DNA of 64,000 nt from a virus. Made by a program: the position numbers and the translations under genes. Below, in pieces: positions 8,488 to 17,004 of this stretch. The DNA lies in IMG/VR virus record IMGVR_UViG_3300038701_003016, positions 29 to 64,028 of that record; one strand, given 5' to 3'. Under the pieces are notes generated by a model. The model saw nothing but the letters and a program-made list of their open reading frames with translations, was not told where the DNA came from and did not search any database. Numbering within the stretch: the stretch's first letter is position 1; every line of letters starts with the position of its first letter.

Positions 8488-8918
8488 TGAAAGCTTTTAC
8501 TGTATATGGAGTGGAAGTAACTTATGACCATTTAACCGCTATTTGGAATGAAGTAGCGGTCAGTCCAAGAAGGGTTAGAAGAACATGGGACCCTGAAGTA
8601 GCACATCTTATAGATTATGAGTTCGTGCATAAACATGATCTTTACCAGCCCATGATGAATGCTCTGCAAATAAGTCCTATACAGGATATAGATAATAAAA
8701 AGGGAATTTTCGTAGGTATGCTCGGAGACCTCTTAGGACAACGTCTTATAAATGACGCGATTAAGAAAGGCATAATTAAAAAAGAAGCCCGAGGAAGATA
8801 TAGTTGGAATAGAAGAGAACAACATTACCATAAGCGTATATTAAAACAGCCTTGGGTAGGTGAAGAGGGATGGAAATACCCAACACAAAATATAAAAGTG
8901 CTTGCTAAGGGGTTTTGA
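8484..8918 (+). CDS. hypothetical protein
   Basis: ORF coupled to upstream gene. Confidence 0.65.
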   Translation: MMKAFTVYGVEVTYDHLTAIWNEVAVSPRRVRRTWDPEVAHLIDYEFVHKHDLYQPMMNALQISPIQDIDNKKGIFVGMLGDLLGQRLINDAIKKGIIKKEARGRYSWNRREQHYHKRILKQPWVGEEGWKYPTQNIKVLAKGF

Positions 8919-8963
8919 GGGTATAACTGAAAATTATGATAGGTACTATATCTACATAAATAA

Positions 8964-9260
8964 TTGAGAGGGAAAATAATGTTGACTTTAAGTTTTTTTG
9001 AATTTTATTTGATTGCCGGGTTTATAACTTTTCATGGAGTTATGATGGCAAAACATATTAACACTGAAGATCCTGTCTATGACGTATGGAACATATTAAG
9101 TACAGCGGGTTTTGTTATATTTTTATGGCCTATATTCTTTGTGTATTTTCCGGCTGTATTTGCTGATTATGTAATTACAGAATTGAAATTTTATGCAAGG
9201 CGTAAAAAAGTCAATAAAGCCAACAAAGCGTTTAGGCGCTCAGAAAAATCAAATAAATAA
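8964..9260 (+). CDS. hypothetical membrane protein
   Basis: Two hydrophobic segments and a basic C-terminal tail. Confidence 0.6.
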   Translation: MRGKIMLTLSFFEFYLIAGFITFHGVMMAKHINTEDPVYDVWNILSTAGFVIFLWPIFFVYFPAVFADYVITELKFYARRKKVNKANKAFRRSEKSNK

Positions 9261-9280
9261 ATAAATAAATAAAGTTTTAT

Positions 9281-9355
9281 AGACCCGTAGCTCAAAGGTA
9301 GAGCTGGCTGCTCATAACGGTTAGGTTACAGGTTCGAGTCCTGTCGGGTCTACCA
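9281..9355 (+). tRNA. tRNA with CAT anticodon (probably Ile2, possibly elongator Met)
   Basis: AGACCCG/CGGGTCT acceptor, A73+CCA, GGTTCGAGTCC T-arm, loop CTCATAA. The A1-U72 pair excludes initiator. C4-G69 and C5-G68 match TilS determinants. Confidence 0.9.
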
Positions 9356-9356
9356 A

Positions 9357-9433
9357 GTGTCCTTAGCTCAATTGGATAGAGCCATGTACTTCTACTGCAT
9401 AGGTTGCAGGTTCGAGTCCTGCAGGGCGCACCA
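9357..9433 (+). tRNA. tRNA-Arg(TCT)
   Basis: GTGTCCT/AGGGCGC acceptor, anticodon arm ATGTA-CTTCTAC-TGCAT, GGTTCGAGTCC T-arm, encoded CCA. Confidence 0.92.
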
Positions 9434-9464
9434 ATTAAATTAAATTAAATAGAGAGGAAATATC

Positions 9465-9650
9465 ATGATTAGACGACGGAATAATAATGAAGAGTTAGTC
9501 CAAGGTTTGACTTTTGTACAGGGCCTATTCCTAGTATTCTTATTTCTAAAGCTTGATGGTTCAATTGATTGGTCTTGGCTTTGGGTAACTAGCCCTTTAT
9601 GGGTACATTTTGTATTTATGGCTTTAGCAAGCTGGGGTACAAATCATTAA
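9465..9650 (+). CDS. small membrane protein, transmembrane Fragile-X-F-like
   Basis: LFLKLDGSIDWSWLWVTSPLW motif. Confidence 0.7.
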   Translation: MIRRRNNNEELVQGLTFVQGLFLVFLFLKLDGSIDWSWLWVTSPLWVHFVFMALASWGTNH

Positions 9651-9701
9651 ATTCCCGTCTTATAATATAAATAACCTTGGGTCTATATTATAAGTTTTGG
9701 A

Positions 9702-9736
9702 GGGCGTTCCCTAGTCCGCCCGGGAAAGGCTAGGGG
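9702..9736 (+). promoter_or_regulatory. predicted H-type RNA pseudoknot in a 5' leader
   Basis: S1 GGGCG(9702-06)/CGCCC(9717-21); S2 CCCTAGTC(9709-16)/GGCTAGGG(9728-35). Confidence 0.5.
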
Positions 9737-9761
9737 CTAATTTAACATAGAGGATTTTAAA

Positions 9762-10061
9762 ATGAGTGAAGAATTAAGAGATAAACTTTGTAGAGACATT
9801 ACTGAAAGTGAATGTGCTTTAGCCACTGCTAATGAGCACTTAGCTCTTTTACAAGTTAAAGATGCTGTTTTAAATTATATGGGAGCGGTAGGGCATAGAA
9901 TAGAAATTAGCCCTCATAGCCAAACTCCTAATGAGTTTCCTAGTGAAAATACTGAGTTCTTTATGGAAGTAGTATCAAGAATTGATGAGGAATTAGACCT
10001 AATTAGATGCGAATATGGGTTAATAGATCTACAACCTTTTGACCCGGATAAGCTTGATTAA
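9762..10061 (+). CDS. hypothetical protein
   Basis: ORF with an AGAGGA RBS. Confidence 0.65.
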   Translation: MSEELRDKLCRDITESECALATANEHLALLQVKDAVLNYMGAVGHRIEISPHSQTPNEFPSENTEFFMEVVSRIDEELDLIRCEYGLIDLQPFDPDKLD

Positions 10062-10092
10062 AAAGGTAATTAAATAGTATTAAGGAGGTAAT

Positions 10093-10293
10093 ATGTGTTG
10101 GAGTTACATTGGACTGAGTTTACTCTATTTATTTATGGCTTTTATAGTTACTAGGGTTATAGAGGGCTCATGGGTTCGTAGAATAAGTGACAATGAAACT
10201 CTAAAAGCCCTAGGGGTTTTATTAGGTTTTTGGCTTTTCATCGGAAGTTTAATTATGCTTGTTTCCGGATTATTAAATAAATGTCCTGCATAA
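10093..10293 (+). CDS. small membrane protein
   Basis: Two hydrophobic helices and an AAGGAGG RBS. Confidence 0.65.
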   Translation: MCWSYIGLSLLYLFMAFIVTRVIEGSWVRRISDNETLKALGVLLGFWLFIGSLIMLVSGLLNKCPA

Positions 10294-10481
10294 ATTTAAA
10301 CAATATTGACGAATGCAAGGCCTGTCAAGGCAGAGCCTATTTACCTGTTTGCTGTAAAACAAGGGAATTAATTTATCCTGATGGATTTAATATTCCTTTA
10401 AGTATAGATGCATGCTGTGGAGATTGGGATTATGAGATGTGCCCTGAATGCAAGTCCGGATATGTCCTTAAGAAAGCCTAA
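10281..10481 (+). CDS. Cys-rich (Zn-binding) small protein
   Basis: CKAC, CC and CPEC motifs. Confidence 0.55.
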   Translation: MSCINLNNIDECKACQGRAYLPVCCKTRELIYPDGFNIPLSIDACCGDWDYEMCPECKSGYVLKKA

Positions 10482-10668
10482 AAGACTGCAATGCGAATTT
10501 GCAGTATTGGATATAAAGAATGGCAGAGTTATATTAGAAGAATATACTAATAACTCTCAGAATGAAGTAGAGGTCATTGTAACAGGGCGAATAACAGGGC
10601 CTCATAGCCGTGATGACGGAATAAGTACTGAATTTCTTCTAGATGTAGATAAAATACAGGTGGTATAG
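10462..10668 (+). CDS. hypothetical protein
   Basis: Track ORF 10408-10668 with a probable start at MSLRKP. Confidence 0.5.
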   Translation: MSLRKPKRLQCEFAVLDIKNGRVILEEYTNNSQNEVEVIVTGRITGPHSRDDGISTEFLLDVDKIQVV

Positions 10669-11162
10669 TGAAAGTACTTTTTCTTGATATAGATGGCCCG
10701 GTAGTTAATACTAGAAGTATATTAGCCAATCCTCAATGTGATTGTTGGTATGCTATAGATACTATAGGAGTGGCCTTATTAGTAAAGATAGCTAAAAAGT
10801 ACGATGTAAAAATAGTTTCAAATACCGCCCGGCATTCTTTAGATTTTGATGTTATGAAGTCAAAGCTTGAAATGCTCGGGCTTGTTTTTTATGGATCTAC
10901 TAATTTGCCAAAAACTCTACCTCGAAAACAAGCTATAGTAGAATGGCTTGAAGCTAATCCAGAAGTAGAACAGTGGGCGGCAGTAGATGATGAGTTTATA
11001 GATCATGAAAATGCAGTTCTTATAGACTATGATGAGGGTATAACCACAAAAGCTTTCCTCTCTATATTAAATATATTAGATTGTGAACAAGATGATGGAA
11101 TTATAATTTTAAAGGCTAATAGAGGGAAAGCTAATGACGAGAATAAACTGCGTTCATCCTAG
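10668..11162 (+). CDS. HAD phosphatase (HAD_SAK_2 / RNA-repair-type)
   Basis: KVLFLDIDGP motif I and WAAVDDE motif IV. Confidence 0.8.
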   Translation: MKVLFLDIDGPVVNTRSILANPQCDCWYAIDTIGVALLVKIAKKYDVKIVSNTARHSLDFDVMKSKLEMLGLVFYGSTNLPKTLPRKQAIVEWLEANPEVEQWAAVDDEFIDHENAVLIDYDEGITTKAFLSILNILDCEQDDGIIILKANRGKANDENKLRSS

Positions 11163-11550
11163 AGAGCTATGTGATAAGCATCTTTTAGCAGAATTAAATG
11201 AGTTACCACGGATTTTTACTAAAGCCGATATTTTCTGGAAAACCAGACAAGATGTGGGAAGTAAGCTTCCTACGGCATATTGTCTGGGAACTGGCCATAT
11301 GAAATTTTTCTATAATAAATTAAAGTATCTCCATTCCAGATATGGGCTACTCCACTTAGAAGCTACTCTTAGGGGTTTTAATGTAAAGTGGAGTAAAAAA
11401 GTATTTATTAGTCTAGAATATATTGATTTAAAAGTTGATAAATTTTGGCAGCCTAACTTAGAAGATATTAGGAAAAACAGAGAACGTATTGCTGAAAGAA
11501 TTTGGGATAGTATGAAAAGTAAACCCAAGTTTACCCCATATATTAATTAG
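11134..11550 (+). CDS. denV: pyrimidine dimer DNA glycosylase (T4 endonuclease V-like)
   Basis: MTRIN...LCDKHLLAELNELPRIF...LGTGHMKFFYNKLKYL. Confidence 0.9.
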   Translation: MTRINCVHPRELCDKHLLAELNELPRIFTKADIFWKTRQDVGSKLPTAYCLGTGHMKFFYNKLKYLHSRYGLLHLEATLRGFNVKWSKKVFISLEYIDLKVDKFWQPNLEDIRKNRERIAERIWDSMKSKPKFTPYIN

Positions 11551-11560
11551 GATACTTAAT

Positions 11561-12448
11561 ATGACTGATCTTAAAAAACCTATGCTGGCTGCCAAGTTTG
11601 ATCCTGACAAAGCTGTTTATCCTTTAATGGGAAGCATTAAAGTAGATGGAATAAGGTGTCTTATAAAAGATGGAGTAGCGGTAAGTCGGTCTTTAAAACC
11701 CATTCCTAATAAGTACGTTCAGAAATGGGCTGCTAGAAATGCAAGGCGTTTAGAAGGAGCAGATGGGGAACTAGTTGTAGGTAATTTAGAAGCTGAAGAC
11801 TGCTTTAGAAAAACCAGCTCTGCAATAATGTCTTTTGAGGGCAATCCTGATTTTAGCTATTGGGTATTTGATTTATGGAATAGGCCTGTTGCGCCTTTCT
11901 ATGCTCGATATGATGTATTTACTTTTGACCTTTGGGATGTAGACCGAGTATGTTTGCTAAATCAAGAAACTCTAAATACCCTTGAAGAGGTTTTAGATTT
12001 TTTAGATAAACAAACTAATAGAGGGTACGAAGGAATTATGCTTCGAGACCCTTACGGTCTTTATAAAATGGGACGCGCCACTGTAAATCAACGTCAACTT
12101 ATGAAATTGAAAAAATTTGAAGATGCTGAAGCGATTGTAATTGGTTTAGAAGAAGAAATGCATAATGCAAATGAGGCTCATACTAATGAAGTAGGGGCTA
12201 CAGAACGTTCACATCATAAAGAGAACATGATCGGCAAAAATACTTTGGGAGCTCTTAGAGTACAGCTTATAGACGGCTCAAAAACCGAATTTAAGGTAGG
12301 CACCGGCTTTTCGGCACAAGAACGTTTAGCGATATGGCGCTCTAAGCCGATCGGAGCTATAATTAAGTTTAAATACTTTCCTACAGGATCAAAAGATAAG
12401 CCCCGTTTTCCTGTATTTTTAGGTTTTAGAGATAGAATAGATATTTAG
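11561..12448 (+). CDS. ATP-dependent DNA ligase
   Basis: KVDGIR (motif I), DGEL, EGIMLR, KLK, and OB-fold VGTGFS...KYF...PRFP. Confidence 0.93.
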   Translation: MTDLKKPMLAAKFDPDKAVYPLMGSIKVDGIRCLIKDGVAVSRSLKPIPNKYVQKWAARNARRLEGADGELVVGNLEAEDCFRKTSSAIMSFEGNPDFSYWVFDLWNRPVAPFYARYDVFTFDLWDVDRVCLLNQETLNTLEEVLDFLDKQTNRGYEGIMLRDPYGLYKMGRATVNQRQLMKLKKFEDAEAIVIGLEEEMHNANEAHTNEVGATERSHHKENMIGKNTLGALRVQLIDGSKTEFKVGTGFSAQERLAIWRSKPIGAIIKFKYFPTGSKDKPRFPVFLGFRDRIDI

Positions 12449-12450
12449 CG

Positions 12451-12479
12451 TTTACATAACTAGGAAAATAGCGTATAAG
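12451..12479 (+). promoter_or_regulatory. sigma70-type promoter for the candidate ncRNA
   Basis: TTTACA-17 nt-TATAAG. Confidence 0.65.
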
Positions 12480-12485
12480 AAAAAG

Positions 12486-12777
12486 AACAATCGGAGTTGG
12501 CCTTTAGCAGGAGAGAGCACGCGTAGGCGTTAATGGTCTTTTAGTAGCGAGAAGCAGCTGTAGGCGGTGAGCTATTTCAGCCCCTACCTATTTAGAGTAG
12601 GGTAGCCAATAAAGAACATAGAGCGATGTCACGGAAGCAGTATAAAGCTATTAGCTTAAGGGATAGTACAATCTATCTAGCACCAATAATCAGTTAACTC
12701 TGTAGGGGCTTTTAGGAACTATATGTAGCTGCCAACGAGGCTCAAAACGAACTAAACAGTAAACGTGGATGATTGTT
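12486..12777 (+). ncRNA. candidate structured ncRNA, family unknown
   Basis: No long ORF. Nested long-range helices 12486-92/12771-77, 12496-501/12731-36, 12570-75/12725-30, 12579-87/12702-10. Confidence 0.5.
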
Positions 12778-12779
12778 TT

Positions 12780-12814
12780 AACGCGCTGGCTTGCATTATG
12801 CAGGTCAGCGCGTT
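12780..12814 (+). promoter_or_regulatory. 16-bp hairpin overlapping a possible terS promoter
   Basis: AACGCGCTG/CAGCGCGTT stem; TTGCAT-17-TATATA ends 6 nt before ATG 12826. Confidence 0.45.
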
Positions 12815-12825
12815 ATATATTTTTT

Positions 12826-13365
12826 ATGATTGAAAAAAGTTCAAAATATGAAACCGAGCGTAGAAAAGAGCTTGTAATTGAGGCGGCAAAAACAGCCCCC
12901 TCTTTTAGAAAGGCTTGTGACATAGCCGGAGTACCTTCTAGCACTGCTAATAGGTGGCGTAGGGATGATGAAGATTTTGCCGAGGCGCTACATGAAGCAG
13001 AAAAAGAACGGTGGGATGTTTTAAGAGAACATATCTATGAAAGAGCTATAGGCGGGTATGAAAAACCTGTGTATTATAAAGGCAGGCCTTTATGGAGACG
13101 AGACCCTAAAACTAATGAGCTTTTATTAGATGAAAATTTTGAGCCTATACCTCTAACAGAAACAGTCGTATCTGATAGGCTTCTTGAAAGGTATCTAGAA
13201 GCTAACTTGCCTGAGTTCGCTCGGAAATCGAGTTTGGAATTAAGTGGCCCTAATGGGGGTCCTGTTTCTACCCAATTAGTTGTAAATTTTGTTGATCCTC
13301 CTGATTGGGATAAAGTAAAATGGGATCCTGAAACAGGAAGAGCCGAATTACCAACAGATAAATAA
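12826..13365 (+). CDS. terS: terminase small subunit
   Basis: N-terminal HTH (ACDIAGVPSSTANRWRRDD), SDRLL and ELSGPNGGPV motifs, directly upstream of terL. Start refined from 12769. Confidence 0.8.
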   Translation: MIEKSSKYETERRKELVIEAAKTAPSFRKACDIAGVPSSTANRWRRDDEDFAEALHEAEKERWDVLREHIYERAIGGYEKPVYYKGRPLWRRDPKTNELLLDENFEPIPLTETVVSDRLLERYLEANLPEFARKSSLELSGPNGGPVSTQLVVNFVDPPDWDKVKWDPETGRAELPTDK

Positions 13366-13379
13366 GGCTGTAATTCCTG

Positions 13380-14678
13380 ATGGCTAAATTAGTTATTGAA
13401 AGACAAATTCCTAGGGCTTTTCAAGGGCTTTACAGACCAGCAAGATATAAAGTTTTCCATGGAGGAAGGGGCTCCGGGAAATCCCATTCTGTGGCTGACT
13501 ATCTTATTTCTATGGGCGTAAAAAGACGCATGAGATTTTTATGTGCTCGGGAAATACAGAAATCACTTGCAACTTCTGTCCATCAGCTTCTACAAGATAA
13601 AATAAAAGAACAGGGCTTAGAGCACGCCTATTCAGTTACTAAAGATGGTATTAGGGGTCCTAATGGAACTCATTTTCTTTTCGCGGGTCTAAGATCAAAT
13701 CCTGATAGTGTTAAATCGATGGAGGATTTAGATGGAGCTTGGATAGAAGAAGCAGACCGGTGTTCTCAAGCCTCTTTAGATTTATTAACTCCTACAATTC
13801 GTAAACCAGGCTCTGAATTAATATTCACATTCAATAGACAAAAGACGACTGATCCTGTCGATAAATTGTTTTTAGGAGGTACTCCTCCTCCCGACGCTAT
13901 CATACAACAAGTAAACTGGCGAGACAATCCTTGGTTTCCTAAAGTACTATACGACGAAATGACGTGGCTTAAATCTAGAGATAGAGATAAGTATTTGCAT
14001 GTTTGGGAAGGGGCGCCTCTAAGCCGTTCAGAAGCGAAAGTGTTTCAAAATTGGATTGAAGATGATCTGGATGGGCAAGTTCCTTCGGGAGTTCAACTGA
14101 GATACGGAGCAGATTGGGGATTTTCTGTTGATCCAACAGTACTAGTCGGAATGTATGTTTGGGATAGAACTATTTATATAAGGCACGAAGCTTATAAAGT
14201 AAAATGCCGTATTGAAGAAACTCCTAGCTTATTTGCGGGCTCTGATGATAGAGCTCCTCAAAAATGGAAAAATCCGTATAAACAAGGAGGCCCTAAACAT
14301 AAAGGACTACCTAATGCAAGACGTACTAGAATAATAGCAGATAGTGCTCGCCCTGAAACAATAGCTTATATGAAAGATAGAGGGTTCAATATTCATAGAG
14401 CTATTAAAGGGCCTAATTCTGTTGAAGAAGGGGTAGAGTTTTTACAAAATTATGATATAGTTGTCCATCCAAGTTGCATTCATGTAAGAGATGAACTTGC
14501 TTCTTATGAGTATAAAACGGACCCATTAACAGAAGAAATATTATCAGAACTAGAAGACAAACATAATCATACTATAGATGCTACTAGATATGCCCTAGAA
14601 GATTTAAGAAGATCGCGAGGAAGACCTGTTCCAGGAGTTTCTCTTCCAGGTATGGGCCCGAGGTTAATATCAAAATGA
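13380..14678 (+). CDS. terL: terminase large subunit, PBSX family
   Basis: Walker A GGRGSGKS, AREIQ, WIEEA (Walker B), nuclease DWGFSVDP and HTIDATRYA. Confidence 0.95.
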   Translation: MAKLVIERQIPRAFQGLYRPARYKVFHGGRGSGKSHSVADYLISMGVKRRMRFLCAREIQKSLATSVHQLLQDKIKEQGLEHAYSVTKDGIRGPNGTHFLFAGLRSNPDSVKSMEDLDGAWIEEADRCSQASLDLLTPTIRKPGSELIFTFNRQKTTDPVDKLFLGGTPPPDAIIQQVNWRDNPWFPKVLYDEMTWLKSRDRDKYLHVWEGAPLSRSEAKVFQNWIEDDLDGQVPSGVQLRYGADWGFSVDPTVLVGMYVWDRTIYIRHEAYKVKCRIEETPSLFAGSDDRAPQKWKNPYKQGGPKHKGLPNARRTRIIADSARPETIAYMKDRGFNIHRAIKGPNSVEEGVEFLQNYDIVVHPSCIHVRDELASYEYKTDPLTEEILSELEDKHNHTIDATRYALEDLRRSRGRPVPGVSLPGMGPRLISK

Positions 14679-15019
14679 AAGTATTAGTTTGCGGAGGCCG
14701 GAAATTTGCCGACGATAAAAAATTATATGAAACACTAGATTGGTATAATGTTTTATATGGGCCTTTTTCGTCAGTTATACATGGAGCAGCTAACGGCGCA
14801 GATAGTTTAGCAGGATTATGGGCCGCTGAAAATAATATTTCAGTAACTTCATATAAAGCTGATTGGGAAGCTGATGGGGTACAAGCAGGCATGCTTAGAA
14901 ACGGCCTTATGCTTCATGAAGAAAATCCAGATTTAGTTATTGCTTTCGAAGGGGGCCCTGGAACTAAAGATATGGTACGCCGAGCTAAATTGAAAAGGTT
15001 AAAAGTAATAGAGCTTTGA
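14675..15019 (+). CDS. DUF2493/YspA-like SLOG protein
   Basis: KVLVCGGR...HGAANGADSLA...RNGLML...AFEGGPGTKDM. Confidence 0.85.
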   Translation: MKVLVCGGRKFADDKKLYETLDWYNVLYGPFSSVIHGAANGADSLAGLWAAENNISVTSYKADWEADGVQAGMLRNGLMLHEENPDLVIAFEGGPGTKDMVRRAKLKRLKVIEL

Positions 15020-15077
15020 AGGTTTTAACATGCTTCCTTGACTATTATAGATTATATAAATAGAAAGGAATTATACT

Positions 15078-15506
15078 ATGGAATTAAAAGCCGGTGAAAA
15101 ATATTTATATGCTCCCTTAGATATTGCCCATGCAGATAGTGGGTTGACGGTTAAAAAACTTAGAGCCGAGGGCAATACTGAAGTTTTAAGAAATATAGAA
15201 GATAATCTACAAGGAGGCTTGAAAAAACTTACTGTAAATGGGGGCCAAGGAGATGGAGTTTCAGCTCTTGTAGAAGGCGAAATACTAACGGTAAAAGAAA
15301 GTGCAGCGGTAGCTATCGCCAACGATATTATCAAAGATGCTCAAAATAGATATAAAAAACCGCTTGCTAAATTAACTCTTATTCAATTAAATGACGGAAT
15401 AGAAGCTAGAGTTGTAGGCAGAGCTACCAGTGTCGGAGCTGTTATGGCTGAATTAGGGCGTCTGCAAAATCTAGCAATCTATAAAAGTAGAGTAAGGCGC
15501 CGTTAA
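15078..15506 (+). CDS. hypothetical protein
   Basis: ORF with an AAAGGA RBS between terL and portal. Confidence 0.65.
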   Translation: MELKAGEKYLYAPLDIAHADSGLTVKKLRAEGNTEVLRNIEDNLQGGLKKLTVNGGQGDGVSALVEGEILTVKESAAVAIANDIIKDAQNRYKKPLAKLTLIQLNDGIEARVVGRATSVGAVMAELGRLQNLAIYKSRVRRR

Positions 15507-15579
15507 TCACTGTTGGTCAACATTAATTATATATCACGACATGTTACAGAGTAACTTATAATTTTGTGGGAGACGGCAT

Positions 15580-17004
15580 ATGGCCGCTAAACCCCTTGAA
15601 ACTTCTTTCGGGGCTCTTCTCGGCGGCATTCGCTCAAGTAGAGTTAAACCCACAGAGTCTTTAGGGCACCCTGGTACAGCAGTATATGGGGGGTATGTTA
15701 TTGAAAGAGATAACGACCCAAAGCTAACCGGGGTAGAGCGTTACAGAACTTTTAGCGAAATATTAGCTAATTGTTCAGTAGCTGCTGCTGGAGTTAGGTA
15801 TTTCTTAAATTTGACTGCCAAAGCAACATGGGCTTTTATACCTGCGGATCATCCAAGAGGGGAAGAGTTAGCAAAACTAGCTGAAGAAATGCTAACAAAA
15901 GACCCTGATACATCGTGGGCAAGAATTATACGAAGGGCTGCGATGTATAGATTTTATGGATTTTCTATACAGGAATGGACAGCTAAAAGAAGACCTGATG
16001 GCCTTTTGACTTTTTCCGATATTGCTCCACGAGCTCAAATGACTATTGAAAGATGGGATATTAATACTGATGGATCTATAAATGGGGTAACGCAACGAAA
16101 TCCCCAGGACCAACAGGAAACATATTTACCTAGAGGAAAATTTCTATATTTAGTAGATGATAGTCTCAATGATGATCCTACTGGTCTAGGCCTATTTAGG
16201 CATATTGTTAAACCAGTAAGAGCTCTATTTAGATATGAGCAGCTTGAAGGCTTTGGATTTGAAAGCGATCTAAGAGGAATTCCAGTAGGTAAAGCTCCTT
16301 ATTCTGAGATACGCCAACAAGTATTAGATGGAAAAATAACAGAAGCTGAAGGCAAACAGGCTGTAGCGGCTTTAGAGGCCTTTATAGAAAAACATATAAA
16401 AAATCCAGAATTAGGGTTGTTATTGGATAGTGAGCCTTTTGCTTCTACAGATGAAGCAACTAGGCCTTCTTCAATACCAAAATACGAAGTAGAGCTTTTA
16501 AAAGGGAGTCCTACAGGGCTACCTGATATTGCTAAAGCTATTGATAGAATAAATAAAGAAATAGCTAGAGTTTTAGGGGTAGAGGCTATAATTTTGGGGG
16601 ACGGAAATGCAGGTTCTAACGCTCTAAGCCAAGATAAGACAAATCAGTTTTCGTTAACGGTAGACTCTACTTTAGCGGAATTAGCCGATAGTGTATCGAA
16701 AGATTTATTAGAGGTTTTATGGAATTTAAATGGCTGGCCTGAAGAAGCTATGCCTGAATTAAAGCCTGAAGCGGTACAATATAGAGATATTGAACAAATC
16801 ACTATAGCTCTTAGAAATATGGCAAATTCCGGAGCAATACTGGCTCCTGAGGATCCTGCTATAAATGAAGTAAGAGCTTTGATAGGACTTAGCCCTGCTG
16901 ATGAGCTAACTAGAGATGAAGATGCTTCTTTGTTACCAGCAGACAATGGTCAAGAGGAGGTAGATGAAGACGAAAAAATAGACCTTGAAGAAGGGGATAG
17001 TTAA
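15580..17004 (+). CDS. portal protein (DUF935 family)
   Basis: FYGFSIQEW, GLGLFR, EGFGFESDLRGIP; position and size fit a portal. Confidence 0.85.
   Translation: MAAKPLETSFGALLGGIRSSRVKPTESLGHPGTAVYGGYVIERDNDPKLTGVERYRTFSEILANCSVAAAGVRYFLNLTAKATWAFIPADHPRGEELAKLAEEMLTKDPDTSWARIIRRAAMYRFYGFSIQEWTAKRRPDGLLTFSDIAPRAQMTIERWDINTDGSINGVTQRNPQDQQETYLPRGKFLYLVDDSLNDDPTGLGLFRHIVKPVRALFRYEQLEGFGFESDLRGIPVGKAPYSEIRQQVLDGKITEAEGKQAVAALEAFIEKHIKNPELGLLLDSEPFASTDEATRPSSIPKYEVELLKGSPTGLPDIAKAIDRINKEIARVLGVEAIILGDGNAGSNALSQDKTNQFSLTVDSTLAELADSVSKDLLEVLWNLNGWPEEAMPELKPEAVQYRDIEQITIALRNMANSGAILAPEDPAINEVRALIGLSPADELTRDEDASLLPADNGQEEVDEDEKIDLEEGDS

Noticed and set aside
9702-9736. HDV-like (theta) ribozyme near the tRNAs
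   Set aside because: There is no P3/L3 element between P2 and the P1 3' strand, so only a simple H-type pseudoknot is supported.
12486-12777. RNase P RNA or group I intron identity for the candidate ncRNA
   Set aside because: Helix nesting is loosely RNase P-like, but GAGGAAAGUCC and GGCUUA are absent. Group I P/Q/R/S elements are also not found, and no gene is interrupted.
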